DNA of 40,790 nucleotides from Priapulus caudatus (Eukaryota). The translations under genes and the position numbers were made by a program. The stretch lies in assembly GCF_000485595.1 (NCBI RefSeq), contig NW_014577072.1, forward strand, positions 458,433 through 499,222, read 5' to 3'. How positions within the stretch are numbered: the stretch's first letter is position 1; each line of letters starts with the position of its first letter. Positions 25,100 to 36,332 of this stretch are shown piece by piece. Under the pieces are notes generated by a model. That model was given only the letters and a program-made list of their open reading frames with translations, searched no databases and had not been told where the DNA came from.

Positions 25100-28000
25100 C
25101 ATCTTGGTCCTGATTTCACTTACGTATGCGTATTACTCGGTGGTTATTGAAAACCCACTAATTCAAGAACAAATATGTCTTTATCATATAGGTATTCTAT
25201 CTTGTTTAGAACTTTGTGCTGTCTACCATGTGCTATGACTACCATAGCTTATGTGCGTAGCAACATCGCCTGTGGTGTAATAACCGAGCCACGTGCTTAC
25301 GACTACTAGTATGTCATCTTATCAAAATCACACGGTCACATGCCTGCGACCATGCCAATCCCGGAAAACACCCATTCACACAAGAGCACACTTGCAACTA
25401 GGTCATAACACTTACCATCTTAGTATCCGGGTGGCAGGATTTGTAAAATTACTTTTAAGGAGCACACCTGATCATATTACGCGGGTAATACAGTATTTTA
25501 CCAATGCAATGCCCATCTTATTATGGTATAGCATTGCCTAACTAGTGTATATTGAGTGCCTTCATCGGTAGCAGTTATAATCTATACCACGCATTCTGTA
25601 CAGGCAGTATAATCCTAATATATAATGGAACATCAATTGCTATTGCATGCCCACTAATTATATTTGGGAAATTATGCATTCAACAATCACCAATAACTTT
25701 TATTCATACGAATGTGCATTATATTTCTCGAGACCGTTTACAAGCGCTGGTGGATGGAGAGATACGCGCATTCCCGAAGTTTGTGTAGAATTACGCTCCT
25801 TCTCGGCCGTTTCATAGAAGCAACAAGTACAGTGCAAACATTTTGCTGCCTTTTTACCTCTTTCAAACAACAAGCTTCCAACTTGAGAATATCCAAGACT
25901 TACCTATCATGAAACGTGTACGAAATTTCATCACCTATGGCAGTAGTGTCCATCAGAAATCACAGTAGAAAATCGGAAGAATCGCCTGGCAGTATTTACT
26001 TGAACAAACTTGGTAGGAAGACCTCATAATAATGTAAACAGCGAATGCGCATGAAATGCGAATGAAATGTGCAGGGAGCAAGGACATGATCTACTAGATT
26101 ATTGTACCTATATATATATATATGTGTATGCTTGAAAATTCTCGATTACCAAGACACGAAAAGCCACACTCATACCACCACTCAAGCCACACTCATCACC
26201 ACCAAGAATGCATGTTACCTTGTGTTATATCATGCAAACTGGTCACGCGAATAGGGAAATATAGATATTACCAGGAGTATCATAATATCAGGAGTGTATA
26301 ATAATACTAAACAGACTATATAGGTCTATATAGATCTATATAGATAGGCTATCTAGGTCTATCCTGAAGTGATGTTATGATATTACCACGAACACCTGTA
26401 TACATAAACACATGATGAACGTATGACGAAAGGATAGTATCAGGAGTAAGATAATAAGAAACGTTACATATATGATATCAGGAGTTAAAATAATGACAAA
26501 TTTGTCATTATTAATTCCTGATGATATTCGTATATATCAGGATCTACTCCTGATATATATATATATATATATATATATCAGGAATCACGTTCACCCTCTA
26601 CGCATTGCTTTACTGTGACACATGTGACATGTATGCCCAAACTGTCTTGCCGCACACATACAACCTGGCTTGCGCAATCGACACGAATTCTCCCTTTATT
26701 ATTACTTTAGAAAATGTACAAGCAATTTCTGCCAGTATTTATGGGGCCACATTTGTCAGAGACGGCAGTACATTTTCGCTACCACTCTTCAGTCAACCAT
26801 ACGATCAACTAGGTGCTCAGTAGCGCACGTGATATAGCGGCATCTTCGGGGTTGGGTGCTTCCGAACACACTGACCTTGAAATGCCTCGTTCTAACGTAC
26901 GTACATGAATGACATACTACATGTATCGGTACGCACTTGTGTTTACATGTACACATACTCACACATACACACACGCTCTGCACGTGTGATAGGGAAGCTG
27001 GCCTTGGCACGCCTTAATTTATTGTTTAGATACAGCCATGCAATATGGATCGCGTACATGTAGGCCTATGCGCCATCGGAATAGACTACGCAGGACTCAG
27101 GAGTAGTACCAGGAATTGAAAAACACACTTTTTTATTCACTCCTGGTGATACTATACTAAACATAGTATATTTTCTTGGTTGGTGGGAATAGGCGTAGTT
27201 TGAACTATTTTCCTATATACTATACGGGTTACACTCATCTCCATCACTTTGATTGTATGACAAAGACGTGCAGTCAGAGCCATTGTCTTCTCACTACAAA
27301 GGCATTGATGGATTTCGACTAAATTTCTGTTTCATTACCATAAAACCGCTGCTACGCCGTAACTGCAAAACCGCTGCTATGCCGTAACTAACAGCTGCTA
27401 ACCGCTGCTATGCCGTAACGCATAAACTGCTAAGCCGTCGTTGGATTAGCATTAAGCCGCTCCCTTATTAACACAAACCACTAATTAATGCACGAATTAG
27501 GCATCTCAAAATCACCCTACAAAGAACTTATGTGTACATATATGTATCGCAAAGAATTCCCCCAAACATTTAGTCTGGTTATTTGTCCACACATTTCAGT
27601 CAGATACACAACACAGTGATTTCTTTGGCTTCACATACACACAAGCCTAAATGCACCAAAAATATAATGGCTTTATACATTCACAATGATGCTCAACGAA
27701 ATTTTCTCTAGATCTGCTAAACAGCAACGTGCGCTAGACATTATACCATAACGGTAACCTTTGCTAAGTATTCACATGCCAACCAGGATCAGGATCTCAT
27801 TAGTCGGTCAGGTCAGCAGGTGAAATCATGCTACTGGTGTGAACTTAAGTGTAAAGGTAAGTCATGCCTATTGATTGGTTTTAAACACCCTGAATCCACA
27901 TGAAATTGTGAATGATTTAAAAAGATGAGACTGTGTTACTAGCTTGTTTTATTAAATTGCAATTATTGCTGATATTAATATTGTATTCTACAGTCAACCA

Positions 28001-31000
28001 AATGTCACTCAAGGTAAACCACTGTGTCTTTTATAGACAAGTGTCCGTTAAACTCCGTTTAATAGATCTATGTGGTTTCACTGTACTGCCAATCAAGGGA
28101 AAGTCACAAATCTAATTTATGTTTGCCTGTTCTGTAGAGTTATCCACTAACACAGGTTTGACTATACCAAAAAAAACGTACAAACTACACCGCACTAAAA
28201 CACTACAAACACTATACAAAACACCACGAAACAACCTTTTCATGCAGGATGGCAAATCTTCCAATAATAGCTTTGTGCTGAAAATTGACCTTGTGAGAAG
28301 CAGGATGTACCGATCCTGTTTAGTATCACGAGATATCCAAACAAATGCCACAGTGCTAAGTATATGTGTAAACATGGCCACTGAACATAGTGATAACAAC
28401 TAGAGTTGGTAATCTGCAGGATAGTATCAGATAAATAACATGGATAGGTTTACGCACTTTACGGTTACAAGTAGTTTCATACTAACATAGTAATAGTAGT
28501 AGTAAAATCAAGAAAATGGATATATATACATTATACAGTGAAACCCCGATGTTACGCTTACACGCCCCGATTTAACGCGATAAGTCATTGGACTTTTTTT
28601 GCTCTTTCCGGAACTGAAAAGTTTTTTGGTGAGTTAAGCCGACCTTAGGTCAAAGCGACGATCGCCTATAGATGATCGCGCAACTAAATGAGTTTACATG
28701 ACTTGTTGCTATGTGGATGTTGTGTACATGACTGGGGTCAGTTTATACTCTGATTTTCTGGAACCCCGATTTAGCGTGACCCCGCTTTTTTCGCGATGAC
28801 ATTTTACGGATCTCAATTATCGCGTTATAACGGGGCCACACTTGGTTGGTTTCAATTCAATAACATTAGTTTTCTACATAAACTATGACAATTGTTAAAG
28901 TGCAAACATTGTGTGTGACACTGGACATCACGATTCACAGCTCCAAAGAATAACATTTACAATTCCAGCTTCACATTCCAAATTTACCTTCTGACCTAGA
29001 CTTTAAACTACTCGTAATGATGCACCTTTTCCTGCTGAATATCGATAGAAATGTGCAAACATCACCCAGCAAATCCAAAGTGCTCATAAATACGATCAAA
29101 GGCATATTTAATTAGGACACTACTTATCATTGTATTACTCACTGTATGAGTAGTGTCCGATGGTAAACGGTACTTGTTGAAGCCGGTGCACAAACAAGCA
29201 TTTTTAGAAACAGGAAGCTGTGTTTGGTAGTACCACCACATATTAAACGCTCATATGTACCTGCTTGCATTTATGCTGCTCTCGATTTTCAGTTATTAGC
29301 CATGCTGGAGACTGAACATGGTTACAAGGATACGCAAAACGCTCATATACGTCGAGCTGCATTCGCATTTGCGTTGAGAATGTTAAGGTCCACTCGCAGG
29401 GCTGTAGCCTGGGGGGAAGGGGGGCAGCTGCCCCTAGATTTTGGAGCCAAATTAAAAAATAAACTTCATAAATAACTCTAACGTGATTTATTTGGTCACT
29501 TATCCGTGAAAACCTTGTCTGAGACCCCCCCCCCCACCACCACACTATAGACGTCGATCAAGAGCTGCGCCCGTCGCTCATCATTACACAGTTGAGGCAT
29601 GAAATTTTGCCCCCCCCCCCACCTAGGAATTTGCTCAGCCGTGTACAGCCCTGACTCGTAAGCAAAGTTTAGGTGCACTATATCTAAATGGTGCCACCAT
29701 TCTAAACGGACAACGATCTACATAGTGCACAATTCCAGAGAATGCACATGCAAGTAGGTTCACATGTCGTGATGAGCATTCAGTCATGCAGACCACAGGC
29801 ACTTAAAACGTCTCAATAAAAAAAAAGGTAAATAAACACGAAATGTTTCTCTACTCTATTTAGCCTATAATCACCTGTAAATGCCGGTCAAATCCTCATC
29901 TGCAACAGACAAGTACACCGCACGCTAGCTGCTGCACACTGACACATAAATATATAGTTATTTATATTTATTTATACATGTGTCAGTGTGCAGCAGCTAG
30001 CGTCCGGCGGCCAGCGTGTGACAGTGTGTTGCAGACGAGTATTTGGACGGCATTTACAGGAAATTGTCGGCAATAATAGGTGAAAGAGAGTAGAGAAGCA
30101 TTAAGACTTTGGTAATAAATAGATTTCGTATTTATTTAGCATTATATTTTTTTGAAACGCTCCAAGTGCCTGTGCTGCAGACTGCAGTCCATCTGCGTTT
30201 CCATGCAATCATTCTATTTCATTCTAGATAACATAAAACTTTAAAAGGCCTTCAGTATATGCTATAGTATTAATTATGATATAATAATACTAGTATTACT
30301 ATTAGTATTAGTAATTAGCAACAGTACATTTACAATAATATTTTATCAGATTTACGAAGCACATTATTACTATTAGTATTACTATTATAGTATTAGTATT
30401 GCTGAGAGGGTCTATGTCCCCCGGGGTACTGCCGAAACGTACACTGGTACTATCTAATAGTAATATTATGCCGGACCGTACCTCGCCTACTCCACTAACG
30501 AGTCGCCTATGCCTACTCCGTAACCCTAGACCGAATAATTCTGTCCCATATAACCTTTTTTTTATATTTTTGTGAGGGTTATATTGGGACAGAACGGGGT
30601 TCATTGAAATTTCGTGAGATCGCATGCAAAATGCATGCGCTGCGAATGCGGCCCGTACGCCGCTATTGGCGCGAAAAAAAACCTACCGTTCCCTTCTACA
30701 TGACTTTACCTTGCTACAAATATGTGTATACATTCACTTCAATCGTTATTCACTTCTTAAAAGATTGTTTTTCAGAAACCCGCTTCATTCCACTTTCGTA
30801 AATAACATTCGCCATTTACAAACAATCAGACCAATCAGAGCGAGTGTTACAATAGCCTGGTTCTCGCTTGTATCTGTGGCGCTGCAGGAGGGCTGATAGA
30901 CTCGTTCTGATTGGTCTAATTGTTTGTAAATGGCAAATGTTATTTACGAAAGTGGAATGAAGCGGGTTTCTGAAAAACAATCTTTTAAGAAGTGAATAAC

Positions 31001-34000
31001 GATTGAAGTGAATGTATACACATATTTGTAGCAAGGTAAAGTCATGTAGAAGGGAACGGTAGGGTTTTTTTCGCGCCAATAGCGGCGTACGGGCCGCATT
31101 CGCAGCGCATGCATTTTGCATGCGATCTCACGAAATTTCAATGAACCCGTTCTGTCCCAATATAACCCTCACCAAAATATAAAAAAGGTTATATGGGACA
31201 GAATTATTCGGTCTACCCTAACCCTAACCATATCAAAGAGTGAACAGGGTACGTTCTGGCAGTATCCTGGGAGACATAGACCCTATCATAGGGTATATAG
31301 TAATAGTAATACTATTACTATACGCTATAGTAATACTAATGCTCATAGCCATAGGGCCTATGGCTATGAGCATTAGTATTACTATAGCGTATAGTAATAG
31401 TATTACTATTACTATTACTATTAGTATTATTAGTAATATTACTAAAACTAAGTACTATTGAGTATTGGATTGTCAATAGTAATACTAATAGTAATAGTAC
31501 TAATACTACTACTACTAGTACTAGTAGTACCNNNNNNNNNNNNNNNNNNNNNNNNNTTCACAGTACACACAAGCAACTAAATGCACCAAAAGATATAATG
31601 GCTTTATACATTCGCAATGAATGGCTCAAACGAAATTTTCTCTAGATCTGGCTAAACAGCGAACGTGCGCTAGACATTATACCATACGGTAAGCCTTTGG
31701 CTAAGTATTCACAGTGCCGAAGCCAGCGATCCAGGATGCTCATTATGCGCGTCAGGTCAGGGCAGGGTGAAATCAATGCTACTGCGGTGTGAAAACTTAA
31801 AGTGATAAAAGGTAAGTCATGGCCTCATGGACTGGTTATAAACAGGTGCCGCGCGCGCCCCTGAATCCACATGAAATTTGTGAATGATATAAAAAAGATG
31901 AGAGCTGTGGTTAGTAGGGCTTGTTATTACTTATTGGCAATTATTGCTGACTATTGAATATTGTATTCTACAGTCACCAAATGTCACTCCAAGGTAAACC
32001 CCAACTGTGTCTTTGTTATAGAGCACAGTGTCCGTTTAAAGCTCCCGTTTAATGAGATCTATGTGTTTCACTGCTACTGCAATTCAAGGGAAAAGTCAGA
32101 AGGATCTAATTTTATGTTTTGCCTGTTCTGTAGAGTTATCCACTAACACAGGTTTGACTATACCAAAAACAAACGTACAAACTACAAGCCGCAGCTAAAA
32201 CACTAACAAACACTATACAAAACACCACGAAACATACCTTTCATGGCAGGAGGCAAACTGCCAACAATAATAGCTTTGTGCTGAAAAATTGACATCTGTG
32301 TGAGAAGCAGGATGTACCGATGCCTTGTTTAGTATGCAGCAGGAGATATCCAAACCAACATTGCACAGTGCTAAGTCATATGTGTAATACATGGCCACTG
32401 CAACAATAGTGATTAACAACTAGAGTTGGTATACTGCATTGGATAGTATCAGATAAATAACATGGATGTAGGTTTTTACGCACTTTACGGTTACAATTAA
32501 GTTTCATAGCTAACAATACGTAATAGTATAGCTGAAAATCAGAAAATGGGATATATATACATTATACAGTGAAACCCCTGATGTTACGCTTACAACGCCC
32601 GATTTAAGCCGCGATAAGTATTGACCTTTTTTTGGCTCTTTCCGGAACTCATGAAAAGTTTTTTGGTGAGGTTTAAGCCGAGACGCTTAGGTCAAAGCGA
32701 CGATCGCCTATAGATGATCGCGCACTAAATGAGTTTAACATGACTTGTTGTCTATGTGAATGTTGTGTACATGGACTGGGGTGCGTTTATCTGATTTTCT
32801 GGAACCCCGATTAGCGTGACGCCCCGCTTTTTTCGCGAGACTTGACATTCATAATGATAGAACGGCACACTTGGTTGGTTTCAATTCAATAACATTAGTT
32901 TTCTACATAAACTATGAACAGATTGTTAAAGTGGCAAACATTGTGTGTGACACTGGACATCACGATTCACAGCTCAAAAAAAAGCATTTTACAATTCCAG
33001 CTTCACATTCCAAATACGCTTTCTAACCAAGACTTTAAACTACTCGTAATGATGGCACCTTTTCCTGCCTGAATATGCGATAGAAATGTGCAAACATCAC
33101 CCAGCAAATCCAAAGTGCTGCATAAATACGTCAAAGGCATATTTAATTAGGACACTACTTATCATTGTATTACTCACTGTATGGTAGTGTCGATGGTAAA
33201 CGGCTACTTGTTGCAAGCCGGTGCCAAAACAAGCATTTTTAGAAACAGGAAGCCTGTGTTGGTAGTTACCACCACATATTAACACGCTCATATGTACCTG
33301 CTTGCATTTTATGCCTGCCTCTCGATTTTCAGTTATTAGCGCATGCTGGAGACTGAAACGGTTACAACTTGGATACGCAAAACACTCATATACGTCGAGC
33401 TGCATTCGGCATTGCGTTGAGAATGTTAAGGTCCACTCGCAGGGCTGCTAGCTGGGGGGAAGGGGGCAGCTGCCCCTAGATCTTTGGAGCCAAATTAAAA
33501 AATAAACTTCATAAATAACTCTAACGTGATTTATTTGGTCACTTATCCGTGAAAACCTTGTTCTGAGACCCCCCCCCCCACACCGACACTATAGACGTCG
33601 ATCAAGAGCTGCGCCGCGTCGCTCATCATTACACAGTTGAGGCATGAAATTTTGCCCCCCCCCCCCACCATAGGAATTTGCTCAGCCGTGTACAGCCTGA
33701 CTCGTAAAGCAAAGTTTAGGTGCACTATATCTAAATGGTGGCACCATTCTAACGGACAACGAATCTACATAGTGCACGAATTCCAGAGAATGCACATGCA
33801 AGTAGGTTCACATGTCGTGGATGAGCATTCAGTCATGCAGACCACAGGCACTTAAAACGTCTCAATAAAAAAAAAGGTAAATAAACACGAAATGTTTCTG
33901 CTACCTCTATTTAGGCCTATAATCACCTGTAAATGCCCGTCAAAATCCTCATACTGCAACAGACAAGTACACCGCACGCTAGCTGCTGCACACACTGACA

Positions 34001-35908
34001 CATAAAATATATAGTTATTTATATTTATTTATACATGCTGTCAGTGCTGGCAGCAGCGGCTAGCGTCGGCGGGCCAGCGTGTGACAGTGTGGTTGCAGAC
34101 GAGTATTTGACGGCATTTAACAGGAAATTGTCGGCAATAATAGGTGAAAGAGAGTAAGAAGGCATTAAGACTTTGGTAATAAATATATTTCGTATTTATT
34201 TAGCATTATATTTTTTTGAAAACGCTCCAAGTGCCTGTGCTGCAGACTGCAGTCCACTGCGTTTCCATGCAATCATTCTATTTCATTCTAGATAACATAA
34301 AACTTTAAAGAGGCCTTTCAGTATATGCTATAGTATTAATTATGATATAATAATACTAGTATTACTATTAGTATTAGTAATTAGCAACAGTACATTTACA
34401 ATATATTTTTATCAGATTTACGAAGCACATTATTACTATTAGTATTCCTATTATAGGTATTAGTATTGGCTGAGAGGGTCTATGTCCCCCGGGGTACTGC
34501 CGAAACGTACACTGGTACTATGCTAATAGTAATATTTATGCCCGGACGCGTACTCCGCCTACTCCACTAACGAGTCGCCTATGCCTACTCGTAACCTAGA
34601 CGAATAATTCTGCTCCCATATAACCTTTTTTTTATTTTTTGTGAGGGTTATATTGGACAGAACGGGGTTCATTGAAATTTCGTGAGATGCATGCAAAATG
34701 CATGCCGCTGCGAAATGCGGCCCGTACGCCGCTATTGCGCGACAAAAAAAACCTACCGTTCCTTCTACATGACTTTACCTTGCTACAAATATGTGTATAC
34801 ATTCACTTCAATCGTTATTCACCTTCTTAAAAGATTGTTTTTCAGAAACGCCGCTTCATTCCCACTTTCGTAAATACACATTCGCCTTTTACAAACAATC
34901 AGACCAATGCAGAGCGATGTGTTTACAATAGCCTGGTTCTTCGGCTTGTATCTGTGGCGCTGCAGGAGGGCTGATAGACTCGTTTCTGATTGGTCTAATT
35001 GTTTGTAAATGGCAAATGTTTATTTACGAAAGTGGAAGGAAGCGGGTTTCTGAAAAACAATCTTTTAAGAAGTGAATAACGATTGAAGTGAATGTATACA
35101 CATATTTGTAGCAAGGTAAAGTCATGTACGAAGGGAACGTAGGTTTTATTCGCGCCAATAGCGGGCGTACGGGCCGCCTTCGCGCAGGGGCGCATGCATT
35201 TTGCATGCGATCTCACTAAATTTCAATGAACCCGTTCTGTCGCAATATAACCCTCCCCAAAATAAAAAAAGGTTATATGGGACCAGAATTGATCAGAATT
35301 ATTCGGTCTACCCTAACCCTAACCATATCAAAGAGTGAACAGGGTACGTTCTGGCAGTATCCTGGGAGACATAGACCCTATGGCTATGAGCATTAGTATT
35401 ACTATAGCGTATAGTAATAGTATTACTATTACTATTACTATTAGTATTATTAGTAATATTACTAAAACTAAGTACTATTGAGTATTGGATTGTCAATAGT
35501 AATACTAATAGTAATAGTACTAATACTACTACTACTAGTACTAGTAGTACCAGGAGTAAGATAATATAGCCTTTTATAGGTCCTATATAGGCTATATTAT
35601 CTTACTCCTGGTAGTACTAGTACTATTATTAGTATTACTACTATTAGTATTACTAGTAATACCATCAATAACCTCACCTGTATTACTGCTTTACTGATGC
35701 TGATAGCACCACGACATCCAAAGTCGGTTTCGTGTTCTGATTTGTAATAGCTAAGTGTACCATCCTTCAACACTATATAGCGTTCTTGCCAACCGTGAAT
35801 GTAATTTGTCCATTTGCTTAGGGTGCCATGAAGTTCGCATAGGCGTCTACCTTCTTCGAACTCGTCCTCTTCTTCATCTGTGAGGTTAGCTATGTTCTCA
35901 TCACTCAT
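15545..35908 (-). CDS. CERT1: Ceramide transfer protein (CERT/COL4A3BP/STARD11), 13 coding exons, about 608 aa
   Basis: PH domain ([17 protein letters not shown]...CRGAI), serine-repeat motif ([23 protein letters not shown]), [34 protein letters not shown] (EDEFFDAVD), START domain ending [12 protein letters not shown]...[14 protein letters not shown]...KPIMF. All splice phases are compatible. Confidence 0.96.
16432..16558 (-). CDS. CERT1: CERT1 exon 12
   Basis: [17 protein letters not shown]...[15 protein letters not shown], donor gtaagt. Confidence 0.92.
16713..16915 (-). CDS. CERT1: CERT1 exon 11
   Basis: [13 protein letters not shown]...[14 protein letters not shown]...[10 protein letters not shown], donor gtgagt. 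Confidence 0.92.
16911..17205. repeat. 30-bp minisatellite (AACAAGGTACAATACGTTAGATATGTTGTG), about 9-10 units, overlapping the CERT1 exon 11 acceptor
   Basis: Regular 30-bp period. Confidence 0.88.
17947..18370 (+). mobile_element. DINE-1/Helentron-like non-autonomous repeat (boundaries approximate)
   Basis: TGACCTTTGACC motifs, 3' stem-loop CATCTGAC-TAC-GTCAGATG (18344-18362) followed by an A-run; shares about 80 bp with an inverted copy at 40529-40645. Confidence 0.5.
18517..18649 (-). CDS. CERT1: CERT1 exon 10
   Basis: [36 protein letters not shown]...DWD, donor gtaagt. Confidence 0.92.
18848..18946 (-). CDS. CERT1: CERT1 exon 9 (START domain start)
   Basis: [11 protein letters not shown]...[12 protein letters not shown], donor gtgggt. 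Confidence 0.9.
19093..19182 (-). CDS. CERT1: CERT1 exon 8
   Basis: Acceptor ctgtag, [11 protein letters not shown]...AEHRLSVE, donor gtcagt; an alternative in-frame acceptor lies 6 nt downstream. Confidence 0.78.
19346..19518. mobile_element. pogo/Tc1-mariner-type MITE inserted in (TA)n
   Basis: TA|CAGTGAAACCCCG ... CGGGGCTACACTG|TA; related copies at 28536 and near 32567. Confidence 0.8.
19589..19675 (-). CDS. CERT1: CERT1 exon 7 (FFAT motif)
   Basis: [29 protein letters not shown], donor gtgaaa. Confidence 0.92.
19918..20025 (-). CDS. CERT1: CERT1 exon 6
   Basis: [15 protein letters not shown]...GGPDFE, donor gtatta. Confidence 0.9.
20406..20575 (-). CDS. CERT1: CERT1 exon 5
   Basis: ...[42 protein letters not shown], donor gtgcgt. 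Confidence 0.92.
20900..20989 (-). CDS. CERT1: CERT1 exon 4 (acidic linker)
   Basis: Acceptor atttag, [30 protein letters not shown], donor gtaatg; phase 1-1 fits. Confidence 0.75.
21041..21357. mobile_element. pogo/Tigger-type MITE
   Basis: TA|CAGTACACAATCTATTATCCGA ... TCGGATAATAGATGGTGTACTG, with subterminal TTCCGAA repeats. Confidence 0.8.
21503..21641 (-). CDS. CERT1: CERT1 exon 3
   Basis: [32 protein letters not shown]..., donor gtaagt. Confidence 0.9.
21879..22563. repeat. 25-bp C-rich minisatellite (CCCCACCCAGGCCTACCCCACTCTA), about 27 units; G-quadruplex-prone on the minus strand
   Basis: Clear tandem units; the minus strand reads TAGAGTGGGGTAGGCCTGGGTGGGG. Confidence 0.92.
22613..22834 (-). 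CDS. CERT1: CERT1 exon 2 (PH C-part and serine-repeat motif)
   Basis: Acceptor tttcag, [21 protein letters not shown]...STSSFK, donor gtgagc. Confidence 0.93.
23674..23759. mobile_element. 86-bp hairpin MITE, TAG...CTA ends, 9-bp TSD
   Basis: ACACGTATC at 23665-23673 and 23760-23768; long imperfect TIRs TAGCTCTA.AACTATA..GCCCTTC.CTCTGCCA. Confidence 0.8.
26479..26520. mobile_element. 42-bp CAGGA...TCCTG micro-hairpin element with 7-bp TSD
   Basis: ATGATAT|CAGGAGTTAAAATAATGACAAATTTGTCATTATTAATTCCTG|ATGATAT. Confidence 0.7.
27343..27438. repeat. Short tandem repeat (AACCGCTGCTATGCCGTAAC core), about 4 units
   Basis: Visible repeated cores. Confidence 0.7.
28536..28842. mobile_element. Longer member of the 19346 MITE family
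   Basis: CAGTGAAACCCCG start; shared 3' block CCCCGCTT.TTTCGCGATGACATTTTA...ATCGCGTTATAACGGGGC. Confidence 0.75.
29397..29653. mobile_element. hAT-like MITE with 5-bp TSD
   Basis: ACTCG|CAGGGCTGTA ... TACAGCCCTG|ACTCG. Confidence 0.7.
29781..30184. mobile_element. About 400-bp degenerate fold-back element
   Basis: Nested inverted matches: CACAGGCACTT/AAGTGCCTGTG, CCTGTAAATGCC/GGCATTTACAGG, GCTAGCTGCTGCACACTGACACAT/ATGTGTCAGTGTGCAGCAGCTAGC. Confidence 0.7.
30408..31283. mobile_element. GGG...CCC-ended MITE of the TAACCC-bearing family, interrupted by a nested palindrome
   Basis: GGGTCTATGTCCCCCGGGGTACTGCCGAAACGTAC ... GTACGTTCTGGCAGTATCCTGGGAGACATAGACCC. Confidence 0.72.
30529..31213. mobile_element. 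685-bp near-perfect palindromic MITE flanked by TA
   Basis: Arms 30529-30845 and 30900-31213; TA|GACCGAATAATTCTGTCCCA...TGGGACAGAATTATTCGGTC|TA. Confidence 0.85.
31532..31556. other. Assembly gap (25 N)
   Basis: Run of 25 n. Confidence 1.
31557..35551 (+). repeat. Indel-rich direct duplicate of 27630-31531 (probable assembly artefact)
   Basis: Colinear over about 4 kb with frequent 1-bp insertions; the junction coincides with the gap. Confidence 0.9.
35551..35610. mobile_element. 60-bp CAGGAGT...ACTCCTG micro-hairpin element with 7-bp TSD
   Basis: GTAGTAC|CAGGAGTAAGATAATATAGCC...GGCTATATTATCTTACTCCTG|GTAGTAC (21-bp perfect TIR). Confidence 0.75.
35678..35908 (-). CDS. CERT1: CERT1 exon 1 (PH domain, N-part)
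   Basis: MSDENIANL...[11 protein letters not shown]...KAVIQ, donor gtgagg. Confidence 0.93.
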
Positions 35909-36230
35909 TGTCCCAGAACGTTATCGTATTTACAAAAGACGCCGATGCGCCAGTTTACACAACATATATTACGGTATAAGGTAGAAAAACTTTATCTACA
36001 CACACGAGCTTATTTCAGATATTTTTTAGCGGCTGTAATCCTAAAAAAATTAGACTGGTACCCGGTCCCACCTCTCGGCTTAGGGTATTCGAGGTGGGAG
36101 CGAGTACCAGTCTATCCTAAAATCTGGTACACTGCTGCCCTCTAAATGAGACATACCACGTGCCAACTGCGTACACCACACTGTCCAATCAAAAGGCTTT
36201 TAGTATTTGACTGTTTTTCAACGTGTCAAC
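35909..36230. promoter_or_regulatory. Putative bidirectional promoter and 5' UTRs shared by CERT1 and COPE
   Basis: 322 bp between divergent ATGs; CACGTG at 36158, CCAATC at 36185, and an inverted repeat TAGACTGGTAC..GTCCCACCTC / GAGGTGGGA...GTACCAGTCTA at 36051-36114. Confidence 0.65.
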
Positions 36231-36332
36231 ATGGCAACAAATTCTGATACCACTGATTTTCTGTTTGAAATAAGAAATGCTTTTTATGTTGGCAATTATC
36301 AACAATGTATCAGTGAAGCACAAAAAATAAAA
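36231..36332 (+). CDS. COPE: COPE exon 1
   Basis: [34 protein letters not shown], donor gtgagt. Confidence 0.92.

Noticed and set aside
24700..26100. Possible nested gene or decayed transposase in CERT1 intron 1
   Set aside because: The ORFs are short and I recognise no motifs; a translated database search is needed to exclude it.
30604..31141. Paired near-identical ORFs on opposite strands
   Set aside because: They follow from the palindromic MITE and show no recognisable protein.
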